DNA of 64,000 bases, taken from contig CAWEPK010000010.1 in NCBI GenBank assembly GCA_963810935.1, positions 256,001 to 320,000 of the forward strand, in the 5' to 3' direction. The notes under the pieces were generated by a model that saw only the letters and a list, made by a program, of their open reading frames with translations, did not search any database and had not been told where the DNA came from. Position numbers and translations under genes: made by a program. This DNA comes from an uncultured delta proteobacterium. GTDB lineage: Bacteria; Desulfobacterota; Syntrophorhabdia; Syntrophorhabdales; WCHB1-27. Positions 33,031 through 43,663 of the stretch are shown piece after piece (positions within the stretch are counted from its first letter, which is position 1; each line of letters opens with the position of its first letter).

Positions 33031-34191
33031 ATGACGATGATCTACCTTGACAACATATCGGGGACTCCCCTGCACGCAGACGTAAGGGCAGCCATGGTGC
33101 GATACATGGAAGACGGCTTCGGCAACCCCATCAGCCAGCACAAGGCGGGGGACGCGGCGCTGGGGGCGCTCGAAGGCGCGAGGAAAGAAGTTGCTCATCT
33201 GATAGGGGCGCAGGACGAAGAGATCATTTTTACCTCGGGCGGTACGGAGTCGATCAACCAGGCCGTGAAAGGAGTAGCCTTCGCTATGGGCGGGAAAGGC
33301 CGCCACATAGTTGCGTCGAACATCGAGCACCAGGCCGTGCTGCGTTCTTTGCGCACGTTGATGAGGCTCGGGTACCACGTCACCTCCCTGCCCGTTGACG
33401 AATACGGCCTCGTCGATCCCGCCGACGTGGAGAAGGCGATAACGGACCAGACCGTGCTCGTAAGCATCATGCACGCGAACAACGAGATCGGGACCATCGA
33501 GCCGATCGAAGAAATCGCGAAGATAACGCGCAGCAAGGGCGTGCCGCTCCATACGGATGCGGTCGCTTCCGCGGGCGTTATGCCGGTGGACGTCGAGGCT
33601 TTGGGCGTTGACCTGCTGAGCCTTGCCGCCAACCAGTTTTACGGGCCGTCAGGCGTCGGCGCCCTGTACGTGCGCAAAGGCATCAAGGTGGCCCCCCTGC
33701 TCGACGGCGGCATACAGGAGAACGGGCTCAGGGCAGGGACGCAGAACATGATCGGCATAGTGGGCATGGGAAAAGCCGCGGAGCTCGCCAAGCGCGAGAT
33801 GTCGGCCAGGATGGAGCATCTTTGGGGTTTGAAGAAAAGCTTCCTCAAGCATATAGGGGAGATCGACGAGGTGGACATCAACGGCCACCCGACGAAATGC
33901 CTCCCCCATCTTATCTCCTGCTCCGTGCGCTATGTGGAAGGGGAATCACTGGTGCTCATGCTCGACGAGGAAGGCATCTGCGTCTCGACGCGCTCCGCCT
34001 GTGCAACGGGGTCGCTGCGCGCATCCCATGTCCTTACTTCCATCGGGCGCGACTACGCCTCGACCCAGGGGACCCTCATCTTTTCCTTCGGCATCGAGAA
34101 TACGATGGACGACGTCGACAGGTCGATAGAAGCCCTGAAGCGGAGCGTCGATTTTTTGAGGAGCATGTCGCCGCTCTACCGGAAAAAATAA
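33031..34191 (+). CDS. IscS/NifS-like class V aminotransferase-fold protein lacking the PLP-binding lysine
   Basis: FTSGGTES, IEHQAV, HANNEIG, HTDAV and STRSAC; AANQFYGP replaces the usual SAHKFYGP. Confidence 0.88.
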   Translation: MTMIYLDNISGTPLHADVRAAMVRYMEDGFGNPISQHKAGDAALGALEGARKEVAHLIGAQDEEIIFTSGGTESINQAVKGVAFAMGGKGRHIVASNIEHQAVLRSLRTLMRLGYHVTSLPVDEYGLVDPADVEKAITDQTVLVSIMHANNEIGTIEPIEEIAKITRSKGVPLHTDAVASAGVMPVDVEALGVDLLSLAANQFYGPSGVGALYVRKGIKVAPLLDGGIQENGLRAGTQNMIGIVGMGKAAELAKREMSARMEHLWGLKKSFLKHIGEIDEVDINGHPTKCLPHLISCSVRYVEGESLVLMLDEEGICVSTRSACATGSLRASHVLTSIGRDYASTQGTLIFSFGIENTMDDVDRSIEALKRSVDFLRSMSPLYRKK

Positions 34192-34264
34192 CCGTTTTCG
34201 CTTGCGGCAACAGGCAGGCTTTATCCCTATCATATAAACCTCCTCCGCCAAAAAGGACGAAAAC

Positions 34265-34293
34265 TTGACATTTTAACATTATTCCTTCAAAAT
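34265..34293 (+). promoter_or_regulatory. sigma70-type promoter
   Basis: TTGACA-N17-CAAAAT upstream of the hybrid kinase. Confidence 0.5.
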
Positions 34294-34474
34294 AGTCGTG
34301 ATCCGCTAAGTGCGCCCCAGTCCCACACAAAGCTTTCTGAAGCAATAGAAAACGAAAAGATAGACTCAGTTCTACTTGATGCAGACCGATTGTACGGAAC
34401 GGACCGGAAAGGGAATGCCCAGGCAAGACCGGTAAATCCGCAGGAATCGATTTCTAAAAGGAGGCTGAGAAAAG

Positions 34475-36997
34475 ATGGCCGGAACAAGGATCGAAAGCAA
34501 ACCGGAAAGAATACGCTCCCTTGAGGCCGCGGCAGGCAGCCCGCAATCTGCGGCATATGGGCGGGCACCCGTTTGCTGTCCCGGACCGGGGCGGCAGGCA
34601 CAGCAGATGCGCTCCACGCGGAAGGATAAGTGGGCGCAGGGCAGTTTCGAGTTCACGGGGCGGCCTTCCCCAAAAGATCGATCGAACACGCCCGCCCGGG
34701 CGGCAGAGCCTGACATTTATTACAAAACCGTCTTCGAAACGATGACGGAAGGCGCGCTCATTCTCTCGCCCGACGGGGTCATAATCCACAGCAACCCCGG
34801 ATTTTCGGATATTGTCAATCTTCCGCCGCAGAAGCTCGCCGGCACCTCTATTTCCCGGCTCGTCCTGGACGAAGACCGCGCGCTTCTCGAAGGGGTGCTG
34901 AAGAACGGCCGTGAGGACCAGACACAGGCAGAGGTAGTGCGCCTGTCGGCCGGCTCCTGTGTGCGCTCAGTGCGGTTGTCCGCCACCGCCCGGACGATGG
35001 GAGACCAGGCGAGGATCTGCATGGTCGTCACCGACATCACGAGTAGGATGGAGGCCGAGGACGCGCTTAAGCAGACAAAGGACCGGCTCAACCGCGCCGT
35101 CGAGACGCTCCAGGAATCCCAGGCAAAATATATTGAGCTGTTCGAGCATGCAAACGACATCGTGTTCACCCTCGACCTTCAGGGCAAGTTCACGTCGGCT
35201 AACGGCATGACATACCGGAAGCTGGGCCTGGAGCCGAACAGCATCATCGGGAAGAATTTCCACGATATCTTTACGTCGGAACATCCGAAGTTCGCGTCCG
35301 GGCTGATCGAAAGGGTCCTGGCAAACAAGCCGCACCTGCTCGAAGACCAGCCGTGGGAGCTGGAGGCAGCCGCGGCGGACGGCTCGGTCATAAATTTCGA
35401 GATGCGCGCGCATTTCATGCTGGACAAGGAGAGCCTCGTCGGGATCCGCGGCGTAGTCAGGGACATCACGGAGCGCCAGCAGGTAGAAATGGAGCTGAGC
35501 CGGCTTGCCACCGCCATAGAGCAGGCAGTGGAAAGCGTGATCATCCTCGATAAGAACGGCAAGATACAATATGCCAACAAGGCATTCTTCCGCATCAGCG
35601 GCTATTGTAAGGAAGAGGTCCTGGGCAGGACCACGGCCTTTCTGAAAAGCAACAAGAAGGACGACGAGACCTTCTATCGCGGCATGTTGAGCACAGTCAG
35701 CACGAAGAGCGTATGGACCGGCCGCATCTCCAACAGAAAAAAAGACGGGTCGATGTACGAGGCCGAGACGACTATTTCGCCGGTGAGAGACAAGTCTGGT
35801 AAGGTAGTCAACTATGTGGCCGTCGAGAGGGACGTCACGGAAGAGGTAAGACTGGAGCGGCAGTTGAGACAGATGCAGAAAATGGAAGCCATAGGTACGC
35901 TCGCGGGCGGCATAGCCCACGACTTCAACAACATCCTTTCGGCGATCATCGGCTTCTCGGAGATGTCCATCGAGGATATCGACGAAGGACACCCGGCCAA
36001 ACATTACGCCTCCCAGATACTGCGGGCGGCAACGAGGGGAAAGGACCTTGTCCGCCAGATCCTCGTTTTCAGCCATCGAAACGAGGAGGAGCGGAAGCAC
36101 TTCAAGCTGGGCGGCATTATCAAAGAGGCGCTCAGGCTGCTCCGCGCCTCTTTGCCCTCCACCATTGAGATCGCGGAGCATGTGGAGGAGGAATCAGGCG
36201 TCATCTTCGCCTGCCCCACGCAGATACACCAGGTGCTCATGAACCTTTGCACCAACGCGGGCCATGCCATGAGGATAAGGGGCGGCGTTCTCGACGTATC
36301 CCTTTCCGACTTCGTGCTCGACTCGGCGACAGAGGCGCCATATCTAGGGATGGAGCCGGGCTCGTACCTGAAAATATCGGTGGCCGATACGGGCGAAGGA
36401 ATAACCCCCGATATCCTCGACCGTATCTACGATCCGTTTTTCACAACTAAAAGCCCGAGCGAAGGGACCGGCATGGGGCTGGCGGTCGTGCACGGCATCG
36501 TGAAGAGTCACGGAGGCGCCATAACGGTCAAGAGCACGCCCGGAAGGGGCTCCGTCTTCAACGTCTACTTCCCGAGGATCGACCAGACATTCGTCGAGGA
36601 GACGGAGGTACAGCTCGTGCTCAGCACGGGGACCGGGCGGATACTTCTTGTAGACGACGAGGACCTGCTGGTCGAGATGGGTGCATCGATGCTTCAGCGC
36701 CTGGGATACGAGGTGCATGCCGTGCGCGATAGCCTGGAAGCGCTCGAGATCTTCCGCCAGGACCCCACCAGGTTCGACCTCGTTATCACGGATCAGACCA
36801 TGCCGCGTCTGACGGGGACGGAGCTGGCCAGGGAACTGGCCGCCCTAAGGCCCGATATCCCCGTTATCCTCTGCACGGGCTTCAGCGAGATGGTGAGCCG
36901 TGAAACGGCCAAAGACATGGGCATCCGCGATTTCCTGACTAAGCCCGTCTCGCGCAGCGAGCTTGCGGAAAGCATAAGACGCGTGATGGAAAACTAA
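34475..36997 (+). CDS. Multi-PAS hybrid sensor histidine kinase/response regulator
   Basis: Three PAS domains, QKMEAIGTLAGGIAHDFNN H-box, N box, DPFFTTK, GTGMGL and a C-terminal REC domain. The start is uncertain. Confidence 0.93.
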   Translation: MAGTRIESKPERIRSLEAAAGSPQSAAYGRAPVCCPGPGRQAQQMRSTRKDKWAQGSFEFTGRPSPKDRSNTPARAAEPDIYYKTVFETMTEGALILSPDGVIIHSNPGFSDIVNLPPQKLAGTSISRLVLDEDRALLEGVLKNGREDQTQAEVVRLSAGSCVRSVRLSATARTMGDQARICMVVTDITSRMEAEDALKQTKDRLNRAVETLQESQAKYIELFEHANDIVFTLDLQGKFTSANGMTYRKLGLEPNSIIGKNFHDIFTSEHPKFASGLIERVLANKPHLLEDQPWELEAAAADGSVINFEMRAHFMLDKESLVGIRGVVRDITERQQVEMELSRLATAIEQAVESVIILDKNGKIQYANKAFFRISGYCKEEVLGRTTAFLKSNKKDDETFYRGMLSTVSTKSVWTGRISNRKKDGSMYEAETTISPVRDKSGKVVNYVAVERDVTEEVRLERQLRQMQKMEAIGTLAGGIAHDFNNILSAIIGFSEMSIEDIDEGHPAKHYASQILRAATRGKDLVRQILVFSHRNEEERKHFKLGGIIKEALRLLRASLPSTIEIAEHVEEESGVIFACPTQIHQVLMNLCTNAGHAMRIRGGVLDVSLSDFVLDSATEAPYLGMEPGSYLKISVADTGEGITPDILDRIYDPFFTTKSPSEGTGMGLAVVHGIVKSHGGAITVKSTPGRGSVFNVYFPRIDQTFVEETEVQLVLSTGTGRILLVDDEDLLVEMGASMLQRLGYEVHAVRDSLEALEIFRQDPTRFDLVITDQTMPRLTGTELARELAALRPDIPVILCTGFSEMVSRETAKDMGIRDFLTKPVSRSELAESIRRVMEN

Positions 36998-37052
36998 AGA
37001 GCAGGTCTGAAAAACCGGTGGCCGGACGGACAGGGGCGGTAAAGGAGGGGCG

Positions 37053-37643
37053 ATGGACATCAAGGGCAAGGCGATCGACATTTGCCTGCGACCTAAGGAA
37101 ATCTGGCCCGAGATCAAGCGGGAGCACTCGGGCTCGAGAGAGCTCTTCGAGTCTTACGCGGCCGTCCTTGCCGGCATGCCGGCCGCCGCCCATCTCATAG
37201 GTGCGACCGTTGTTGGCATCTCTTTCCTGGGCGTCCGCTACCGCGCGCCGTTTATCCCCGCCCTGGGTTACGCGGTCCTCTCCTACTGTTTCTCCCTGGC
37301 CGGGCTTTGCATCTTCGCCCTTGCGGCAGCCAGCCTCGCCCCCAGGTCCGGCTCGGGACATACGTTTCAGAACGCACTGAAGCTGGGCGTTTATTCCTCC
37401 ACGCCTTGCTGGATAGCAGGTGTTCTTTTTGTCGTCCCTGTCCTCATGCCTGTTGTCGTTCTTTTTTCCCTGTACGGCTTCTACCTTCTCTACCTGGGGT
37501 TGCCCGTGCTCATGGAGACGCCGCCAGGGAAAAGGCCTTTCTATCTTGCCTCTCTCATCGCAGTCGGTTTTGTCATCTCCGCAGTTGCCTGCCTACTTGC
37601 GGCCTCATTCTTTCCCCAGGGCCGCAACATAGGCGTCGTCTGA
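37053..37643 (+). CDS. Yip1 family membrane protein
   Basis: PKEIWPEIK, YSSTP.W and LYGFYLLYLGLPVLM. Confidence 0.85.
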   Translation: MDIKGKAIDICLRPKEIWPEIKREHSGSRELFESYAAVLAGMPAAAHLIGATVVGISFLGVRYRAPFIPALGYAVLSYCFSLAGLCIFALAAASLAPRSGSGHTFQNALKLGVYSSTPCWIAGVLFVVPVLMPVVVLFSLYGFYLLYLGLPVLMETPPGKRPFYLASLIAVGFVISAVACLLAASFFPQGRNIGVV

Positions 37644-38004
37644 TGCATTCTCTTGGGCCAATAAATCAAGGAGGGGCTCACGACCCGGAATCCGGATCGT
37701 GAGCCTGCGGTTTGGAGAGAAGCATTTGGAGGCGGAAGCGGAAGGCCTCTCGGCCTTATACAGGAGATAAAGCAAGTCGCATGCCGCAACGCAGCCACGT
37801 GCGAATTATCCTGTGCAAACGGCCATTTATGGCCAAGTGCCGTGCGGGCGATCAAAAGCGGTTTGGGCGCTTTCGGTAATAGCCGGTCCTTCTTTGGAGG
37901 CGCAGGGTACCCTGCGGGCAGCGGGACGCCGGCAGACAGGTGCATTTTTCGCCTTCAGGAAACCCGTGTGCTAAAAAAGACGCCGGGTGTGCGGAAAAGG
38001 GCCG

Positions 38005-38331
38005 CTATTCTTCCTCGACCCCGATCTTCCGGCCGTCTCCTCCCGGCGTCCGCCCCTCGTTGATGAAGGCGGCAAAAGGCGTATTGAAGAAGCGAATCTC
38101 GGAATGCTCCTGGTACTCCCTCTGCTTTCCGCTCTTGCCGAGGTCCAGGATCACGCCCTTCAGGACAAGAAAAGCCTCCTTGTCCACGCTCGCCTCTTCG
38201 CACCATCCTTTAAGCGTATCGTCCCCTTCACCGACTACGAACTGATACTTCTTCTTCAGCAGGAGCGCGTTGACGCGCTTCACGTGTTCCCTGTTGCCGA
38301 TGTCCATTATGTATTTTCTTTTGCAGAACAT
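38005..38331 (-). CDS. Hypothetical protein
   Basis: Open frame with host-like codon usage; no motif recognised; the start may be at 38307. Confidence 0.5.
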   Translation of the reverse strand: MFCKRKYIMDIGNREHVKRVNALLLKKKYQFVVGEGDDTLKGWCEEASVDKEAFLVLKGVILDLGKSGKQREYQEHSEIRFFNTPFAAFINEGRTPGGDGRKIGVEEE

Positions 38332-38454
38332 AGGAGAAACATGGCCCCGAAACGCAATGATGTCAAGGCGTTATGACAGGGGCCTTTCGGACGAAAAATA
38401 AAATCCGCATGGATAGGGCGAAAAAGTCGTTTCGCGCTCGTTTCGCGGTCTCTA

Positions 38455-38487
38455 ATAGGGCATAGGCGGGACTCGAACCCGCATCGT
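38455..38487 (-). other. Isolated tRNA/tmRNA-like T-arm fragment (possible att scar)
   Basis: Minus strand GATGCGGGTTCGAGTCCCGCC forms a perfect GCGGG/CCCGC stem with a TTCGAGT loop. No 5' half is found. Confidence 0.5.
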
Positions 38488-38848
38488 TAAATCACCTATC
38501 CCCTGTAATTGCAACTGTTTATGAAGATAGAAGCGGCAAAAAACGTCGCCCTGATGTCGCCCCATGGCGACGCCGACCGAGGAAAGTAGGTGCATTCTTT
38601 TTAGGCCGCTCTTACCCACTAAAACCATGGATATTCCAAAATTTTGAGTACACTATAAAGGTCTCGGGATGGATATCACGAAACGATTGCGGATTATAAC
38701 AATGTATTCATGCTCTGCCCGGTAACGCCTGTGCGGGAATCCGGCCACGAAGGCATAGAAAAGGCTTGAGGGACTGGTTGGTGCACCCCTAAACGCAACC
38801 CGCTTTGCCCCCCCTTGAATCCGCATTTTCGCTGGTCTATATTTTTGA

Positions 38849-39238
38849 ATGTCGTCAAGAAGACTTGTATTGGTAGTTGATGATGAATCCATGGTCGAGG
38901 AGATAATCGAGGCGCACGTGGGTGACTTGGGGTGCGAACACGCCTCCTTTAATGATCCGCGATCAGCAATGGCGTTTTTCAGGCACAACTACAAAAACAT
39001 CGATCTCGCAGTTATTGACCTTACCATGCCCGGCATGACCGGCAATCAGATGGCTCAAGAGATGTATGAAATGGCACCTGATCTGCCAATAATCCTTATG
39101 ACGGGTTATTTGACGGTCGATAGCATTAACCCCAATGTCAGCCTTCTTCTTCACAAGCCTATACTGAAGGCGGAACTCATTGAAGCGATGAAGAGATTTC
39201 TCGGCCCTTCGATGTGCGTGGTAGAGGAGGCAGGATAA
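38849..39238 (+). CDS. Single-domain response regulator (REC)
   Basis: VVDDE, DLTMPGMTG, MTGY and HKP. Confidence 0.88.
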   Translation: MSSRRLVLVVDDESMVEEIIEAHVGDLGCEHASFNDPRSAMAFFRHNYKNIDLAVIDLTMPGMTGNQMAQEMYEMAPDLPIILMTGYLTVDSINPNVSLLLHKPILKAELIEAMKRFLGPSMCVVEEAG

Positions 39239-39444
39239 CGGGAATCAGGTAGACGGAAGTGAACCCCGAGTTGTTCTGGCTAGACGAAGCCCTACGCTTT
39301 CTGATCCCGGTGTGCGTAGCGCTCAATGCCACTCCTACCTGAGAGTCAAAGCAAGTATACCTGCCGTCAATGTTTAGGGCGTTCCCGTGCGTTGCCAGTC
39401 TTGAATCCCTTTACCCGTTTTTCAGGAGCCTGTAAAATAATACC

Positions 39445-42081
39445 ATGACCCACAAACAGCAAACGGGGAAATACCTTTTAGCTGTCTCTCTGGTAGTTGT
39501 TGCGACTGTCCTTCGATGGGCCATGGGGCATTTCTTGGGGACAACGGCCCCGTTCCTAACCTTCTACCCCACCGTCATACTTGTTGTTCTTATATGTGGG
39601 CTTGGCCCCGCCATTGTCACCGTCGTTCTGAGTGGGCTTATAGTCGATTTCCTATTCTTGCCGCCTATCTATTCATTCAAGATCGAACCCCATGGAGATG
39701 CTCCCGCCCTCCTTTTCTTTCTCATGGCCGGGGTATTTCTCGCCATCATAGCCCACCGGCTCAATATTATAAGGATGCTAAACGCACTGAGGCGCTACGA
39801 GCTCCTGGCCGGCAACGCCCGTGACATCGTTCTGTTCATCCGCCGTGGAGACGGTCACATACTGGAAGCCAATCAAGCCGCAACGAACGCATACGGTTAC
39901 AGCCGGGACGAGATTCTCTCACTGACAATATACAATCTGCGGGTTCAGGACAACTATTTACTCACCGACTCCCAGATGGATAAGGCCGATTCATCAGGCA
40001 TTCTGTTCGAAACAAACCATAGGCGAAAGGACGGGACGACTTTTCCCGTGGAAGTCAGTTCACGGGGCGTCTACATCGACGGCGAGCGAGTCCTGTTAAG
40101 CGTGATACGAGACATCACCGAGCGCAAAGAGGCAGAAAACAAGCTTCGAGAGAGCGAAGAGATGCTGGCTCGCGCCCAGCAGATGGCCCATGTAGGCCAC
40201 TGGTGCCGTGAAATCTCCACAGGAAAAGGGCGCTGGTCAGATGAAACCTACCGTATCTTCGGACTCGAGCCACAGGAGTGCGAGCCGACTCGCCAGTTCT
40301 TTCTTGAATGTGTTCACTGCGATGACCGGGCGCGAGTCGATAAGGCCCTCCGTGATGCTGCCGAAGATGTGCAGCCTTACGACGAGATATTTCGGATTGC
40401 CTGTCCTGACGGCAGCGTCCGCTGGGTGCACTCAAAAGGTGAAGTTACCCGTAACCCGGAAGGCAAGCCCTCATTGGTCTTCGGCACAAGCCTCGATATC
40501 ACCGAGCGTAAGCAGATGGAGGAAAAGCTACGCAAGTCTCATGACGAGCTTGAGCAGCGGGTGGCCGACAGAACGGCAGAGCTTGCAAGGCTTGCAGCGG
40601 CTATGAATAGCGCGAGCGAAGGGATCGTCATAATGGATACCGATTGGCGCATAGAATACGTCAACCCCACCTTCACCCGGTTATGCGGCTACGAAAGCGC
40701 AGAGGTCATCGGCAGGGACATAAAGTTTTTCCGTCCTGAAAAGATGGATCACGCAGTGTACGACAGGGTACGAGAATCAGCTAAGTCAGATAAACCCAAC
40801 ATCAATCGTTACCCTTTGAGGAAAAAGGATGGAAGGAACTTTCAAGTAGAGAGCACAATCACACCCATCAAGGACTCCGCCGGGAATATCACAAGCTATG
40901 TGGTCGTATGGAGGGATATAGGCGAGCAGATAGAGCTTGAAGAGCGACTCCGCCAGTCCCAGAAGATGGAAGCCGTCGGCACCCTCGCCGGGGGCATAGC
41001 CCATGACTTCAACAATATGCTCGCCGTCATCATAGGGAACGCTGAGCTTGTTCTCGACGACATAAACGAAGACAGCCCCAAACACAACATCGACCAGATA
41101 TTGAAGGCTTCCAAGAGGTCAAAAGACCTCGTTAAGCAGATTCTTACGTTCACTCGTAAGGACGAACCGCAACGGAAGGAGCAGCACCTTATCCCCCTCA
41201 TTCAAGAGTCTTTCAACCTCCTGAGAGCCTCGATCCCCTCGACTATAGAAATGAAACTCAACATCAAGGCTAAAGCTGACACGGCCAAGGTGAATGAAGC
41301 GCAATTTCAACAGGTGCTGATAAACCTGTGCACAAATGCAGAACACGCCATGAGAGAAACCGGCGGCACTCTCTCAATATCCCTCGAAGATGAAACCCTT
41401 CATCTTGACGGCTCGCATGACTCGGAACCTCATCGATATCTCAGGCTCGCGGTGAGTGATACGGGCGCGGGTATGGACGAGGCGGTGAGAAAAAGGATAT
41501 TTGATCCGTTCTTCACCACCAAGGGTCTCGGAGTGGGGACGGGTATGGGTCTGGCCGTTGTCCACGGCATAGTGCAGTCCCATAATGGTTTCATTTCAGT
41601 TCAGAGTGAACCGGGGAAAGGTTCCACCTTCAGCATCTTGTTTCCCGAGGCCAGAGGTAAGATAGTTTCTGATGTCGAGCCTGAAGTTGCACCCATTGGC
41701 GGAGAAGAACGAATCCTCTTTGTGGATGATGAAATCCCCGTGGTGGAAATGACGACCAGCATACTCAAACGCATGGGGTATGAGGTTATTTCATTCATCG
41801 ACTCTCAAGATGCGCTGGACGCATTTGCCAATGCCCCGGACGATTTTGACCTCGTGATAACCGACCAGACCATGCCGAGAATAACGGGTGTTGAACTGAG
41901 CGAGAGATTGAAAGCAATACGCCCGGATATCCCGGTCCTTCTCTGCACCGGCTACAGCCACGTAGTATCATCCGAGCAAGCGAAGGCTCAGGGGATAGAC
42001 GGCTATGTCATGAAACCGCTCGATAGGCGCGAACTGGCTGAGGCAATACGGAAGGCATTAGATCGGGGGGGCATTTGTTGA
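39445..42081 (+). CDS. Membrane-anchored (DUF4118-like) multi-PAS hybrid histidine kinase
   Basis: N-terminal TM helices, three PAS domains, QKMEAVGTLAGGIAHDFNN, DPFFTTK and a C-terminal REC domain. Confidence 0.93.
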   Translation: MTHKQQTGKYLLAVSLVVVATVLRWAMGHFLGTTAPFLTFYPTVILVVLICGLGPAIVTVVLSGLIVDFLFLPPIYSFKIEPHGDAPALLFFLMAGVFLAIIAHRLNIIRMLNALRRYELLAGNARDIVLFIRRGDGHILEANQAATNAYGYSRDEILSLTIYNLRVQDNYLLTDSQMDKADSSGILFETNHRRKDGTTFPVEVSSRGVYIDGERVLLSVIRDITERKEAENKLRESEEMLARAQQMAHVGHWCREISTGKGRWSDETYRIFGLEPQECEPTRQFFLECVHCDDRARVDKALRDAAEDVQPYDEIFRIACPDGSVRWVHSKGEVTRNPEGKPSLVFGTSLDITERKQMEEKLRKSHDELEQRVADRTAELARLAAAMNSASEGIVIMDTDWRIEYVNPTFTRLCGYESAEVIGRDIKFFRPEKMDHAVYDRVRESAKSDKPNINRYPLRKKDGRNFQVESTITPIKDSAGNITSYVVVWRDIGEQIELEERLRQSQKMEAVGTLAGGIAHDFNNMLAVIIGNAELVLDDINEDSPKHNIDQILKASKRSKDLVKQILTFTRKDEPQRKEQHLIPLIQESFNLLRASIPSTIEMKLNIKAKADTAKVNEAQFQQVLINLCTNAEHAMRETGGTLSISLEDETLHLDGSHDSEPHRYLRLAVSDTGAGMDEAVRKRIFDPFFTTKGLGVGTGMGLAVVHGIVQSHNGFISVQSEPGKGSTFSILFPEARGKIVSDVEPEVAPIGGEERILFVDDEIPVVEMTTSILKRMGYEVISFIDSQDALDAFANAPDDFDLVITDQTMPRITGVELSERLKAIRPDIPVLLCTGYSHVVSSEQAKAQGIDGYVMKPLDRRELAEAIRKALDRGGIC

Positions 42082-42437
42082 CTTCTCCGCCTCTTGAGCC
42101 GCCCGCCGATCAGTAACGCATGGGGCTGAGACCCTCTGCACCTGCACCCACCCATGACCCCCTCAAAGAAAACGAACGGTTATAGTCCAGCCCACCGTCG
42201 ATGAAATGGTTTGGCATCCGTGAGGCGATCCATTATCCTTTTATAGCCCACTTGACGTTTTCATCAAACCGCGCAGATAGGAGGGGATTCATAAAGGCAG
42301 CAAGGAAAAGCATTACCGAGCCAGACAGGAACAGAAGTGTCGCCTATCTCCGGGGAGCGACGGACAGAACATAGAGAAGAATAAGGCGGACATTCTTTAT
42401 CTCGCCAACGAGAAGAAAGTGAGCGGACCACCGGCCG

Positions 42438-42890
42438 TCAAGGGCTGAGGATTTTGTGCCAGAACGCCTTTTCCGTGTTGAAGCCGCGGCGGGCCTGGTC
42501 CAGAGGCATCATATGGGCGTCTTGCATGCTCGTGCCTCCCGTCGCTATTTGCAGATTCCCCGCCGCATCGCATAGATAGTAAATCTGCTCGTTGGTCTCG
42601 AATATAAGGGTTGTCATCAGGACGCGTTTCCCCTGATCTATGACATCGATGCGATGCCGGACCGTACGGGCCCGGTCGGTAAAAGACCGGAACACGGAAG
42701 GGACCTGCTCATCTCCGGCGGCCTTTAAACCGAGCAATGCGGCAGTGAAATGGTCGATGCCGGCGCTCGTGCCTTTCTGCAGGACGGCCTGTATCTCCGG
42801 GTCGAGCTCGTTGCCGGAAGCGCTCACCGATAGAAGCGGCAGCCCCAGCATAAGCGCCGCCGATATACCGAGTAAAAGAGCTCTTTTCAT
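42438..42890 (-). CDS. Hypothetical secreted protein
   Basis: Signal-peptide-like MKRALLLGISAALMLGLPLLSVSA; co-oriented with the lipoprotein gene. Confidence 0.6.
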   Translation of the reverse strand: MKRALLLGISAALMLGLPLLSVSASGNELDPEIQAVLQKGTSAGIDHFTAALLGLKAAGDEQVPSVFRSFTDRARTVRHRIDVIDQGKRVLMTTLIFETNEQIYYLCDAAGNLQIATGGTSMQDAHMMPLDQARRGFNTEKAFWHKILSP

Positions 42891-42925
42891 TGCTTTCGTG
42901 TCTCTCATCGCTTTGGGGCCGCGGC

Positions 42926-43522
42926 CTACCAGTCCGGCATGGTCCGCGAGACAGGCGGGCCGTATTTGAAGGCAAAGTATCCCGTCCCCTCGGACTGCCA
43001 CTGGGCCAAGTCGCTCTCATAGCGCCTTATATCGTATTCGAGGAGCGCCTGGAGGTAAGTAAGGTCGATGGGGCTTGTCGACGTCATGCGGCGCACAATG
43101 TCGGCATTGCGTATCGGATAGTATGACTTGCCTACGGCCAGGTAGGCTTTGACTGCGTCCGCCGCCTCGGCATATCTGGCCTGCCGGTAAGATATGAGCG
43201 CCTTGTACGCCAGGACGCGAAGATAGACGTTCGACCCTCCCTTAAATGCCCCGGCCTTTTCAACAAAAGCGGCGGCGTTCGTCAGGTCGTTCACATTATA
43301 GGCAGCGGTAGCGGCAAAAGCATACGCGGCTGCGCTCGGCTGGGCTTTGGCAGACCTCATGAATAGCTCCTGGGCGACCGCGAATTCCCCGTCGTCGAGC
43401 GCACGCTTGCCCTCGTGCATATCGCTTTTCGCGCGCAACGAGGGCTGAGAGCAGCCAAGGGCAACCACGGTAAGAAGGGCCAGAATCGCTACAGCACGGG
43501 TTGTTTTTGCCATCTTCCGCAC
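42926..43522 (-). CDS. TPR-like lipoprotein
   Basis: Lipobox VALGC after a hydrophobic stretch, Ala-rich helical repeats, GAGGAG RBS. Confidence 0.7.
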   Translation of the reverse strand: MRKMAKTTRAVAILALLTVVALGCSQPSLRAKSDMHEGKRALDDGEFAVAQELFMRSAKAQPSAAAYAFAATAAYNVNDLTNAAAFVEKAGAFKGGSNVYLRVLAYKALISYRQARYAEAADAVKAYLAVGKSYYPIRNADIVRRMTSTSPIDLTYLQALLEYDIRRYESDLAQWQSEGTGYFAFKYGPPVSRTMPDW

Positions 43523-43663
43523 CTCCTCGGCGCTAACAATGTATCATTTCCTGTATTATAACGGCGTATTGATCCGGGGACAAAAAGCAATCTAAGTACC
43601 CGCGCGCTTTTGTCAAGCAGCGGCAGGCCCGCAAAAGGCGTCAGCCGGAAAAACAGCCGGACC

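Noticed and set aside
34490..34580. c-di-GMP-I riboswitch suggested by GCAAACC...GAAA
   Set aside because: The GGGACGCAAAGC segment and the expected P2/P3 pairing are missing, and the site lies within the predicted CDS.
38400..38560. Intact tRNA or tmRNA gene
   Set aside because: Only a T-arm is present; there is no matching acceptor 5' strand, D arm, anticodon arm or CCA.
42085..42170. Possible structured RNA after the second hybrid kinase
   Set aside because: Only short imperfect stems (CATGGG/CCCATG, TTGAG/CTCAA) and no promoter; too weak to call.
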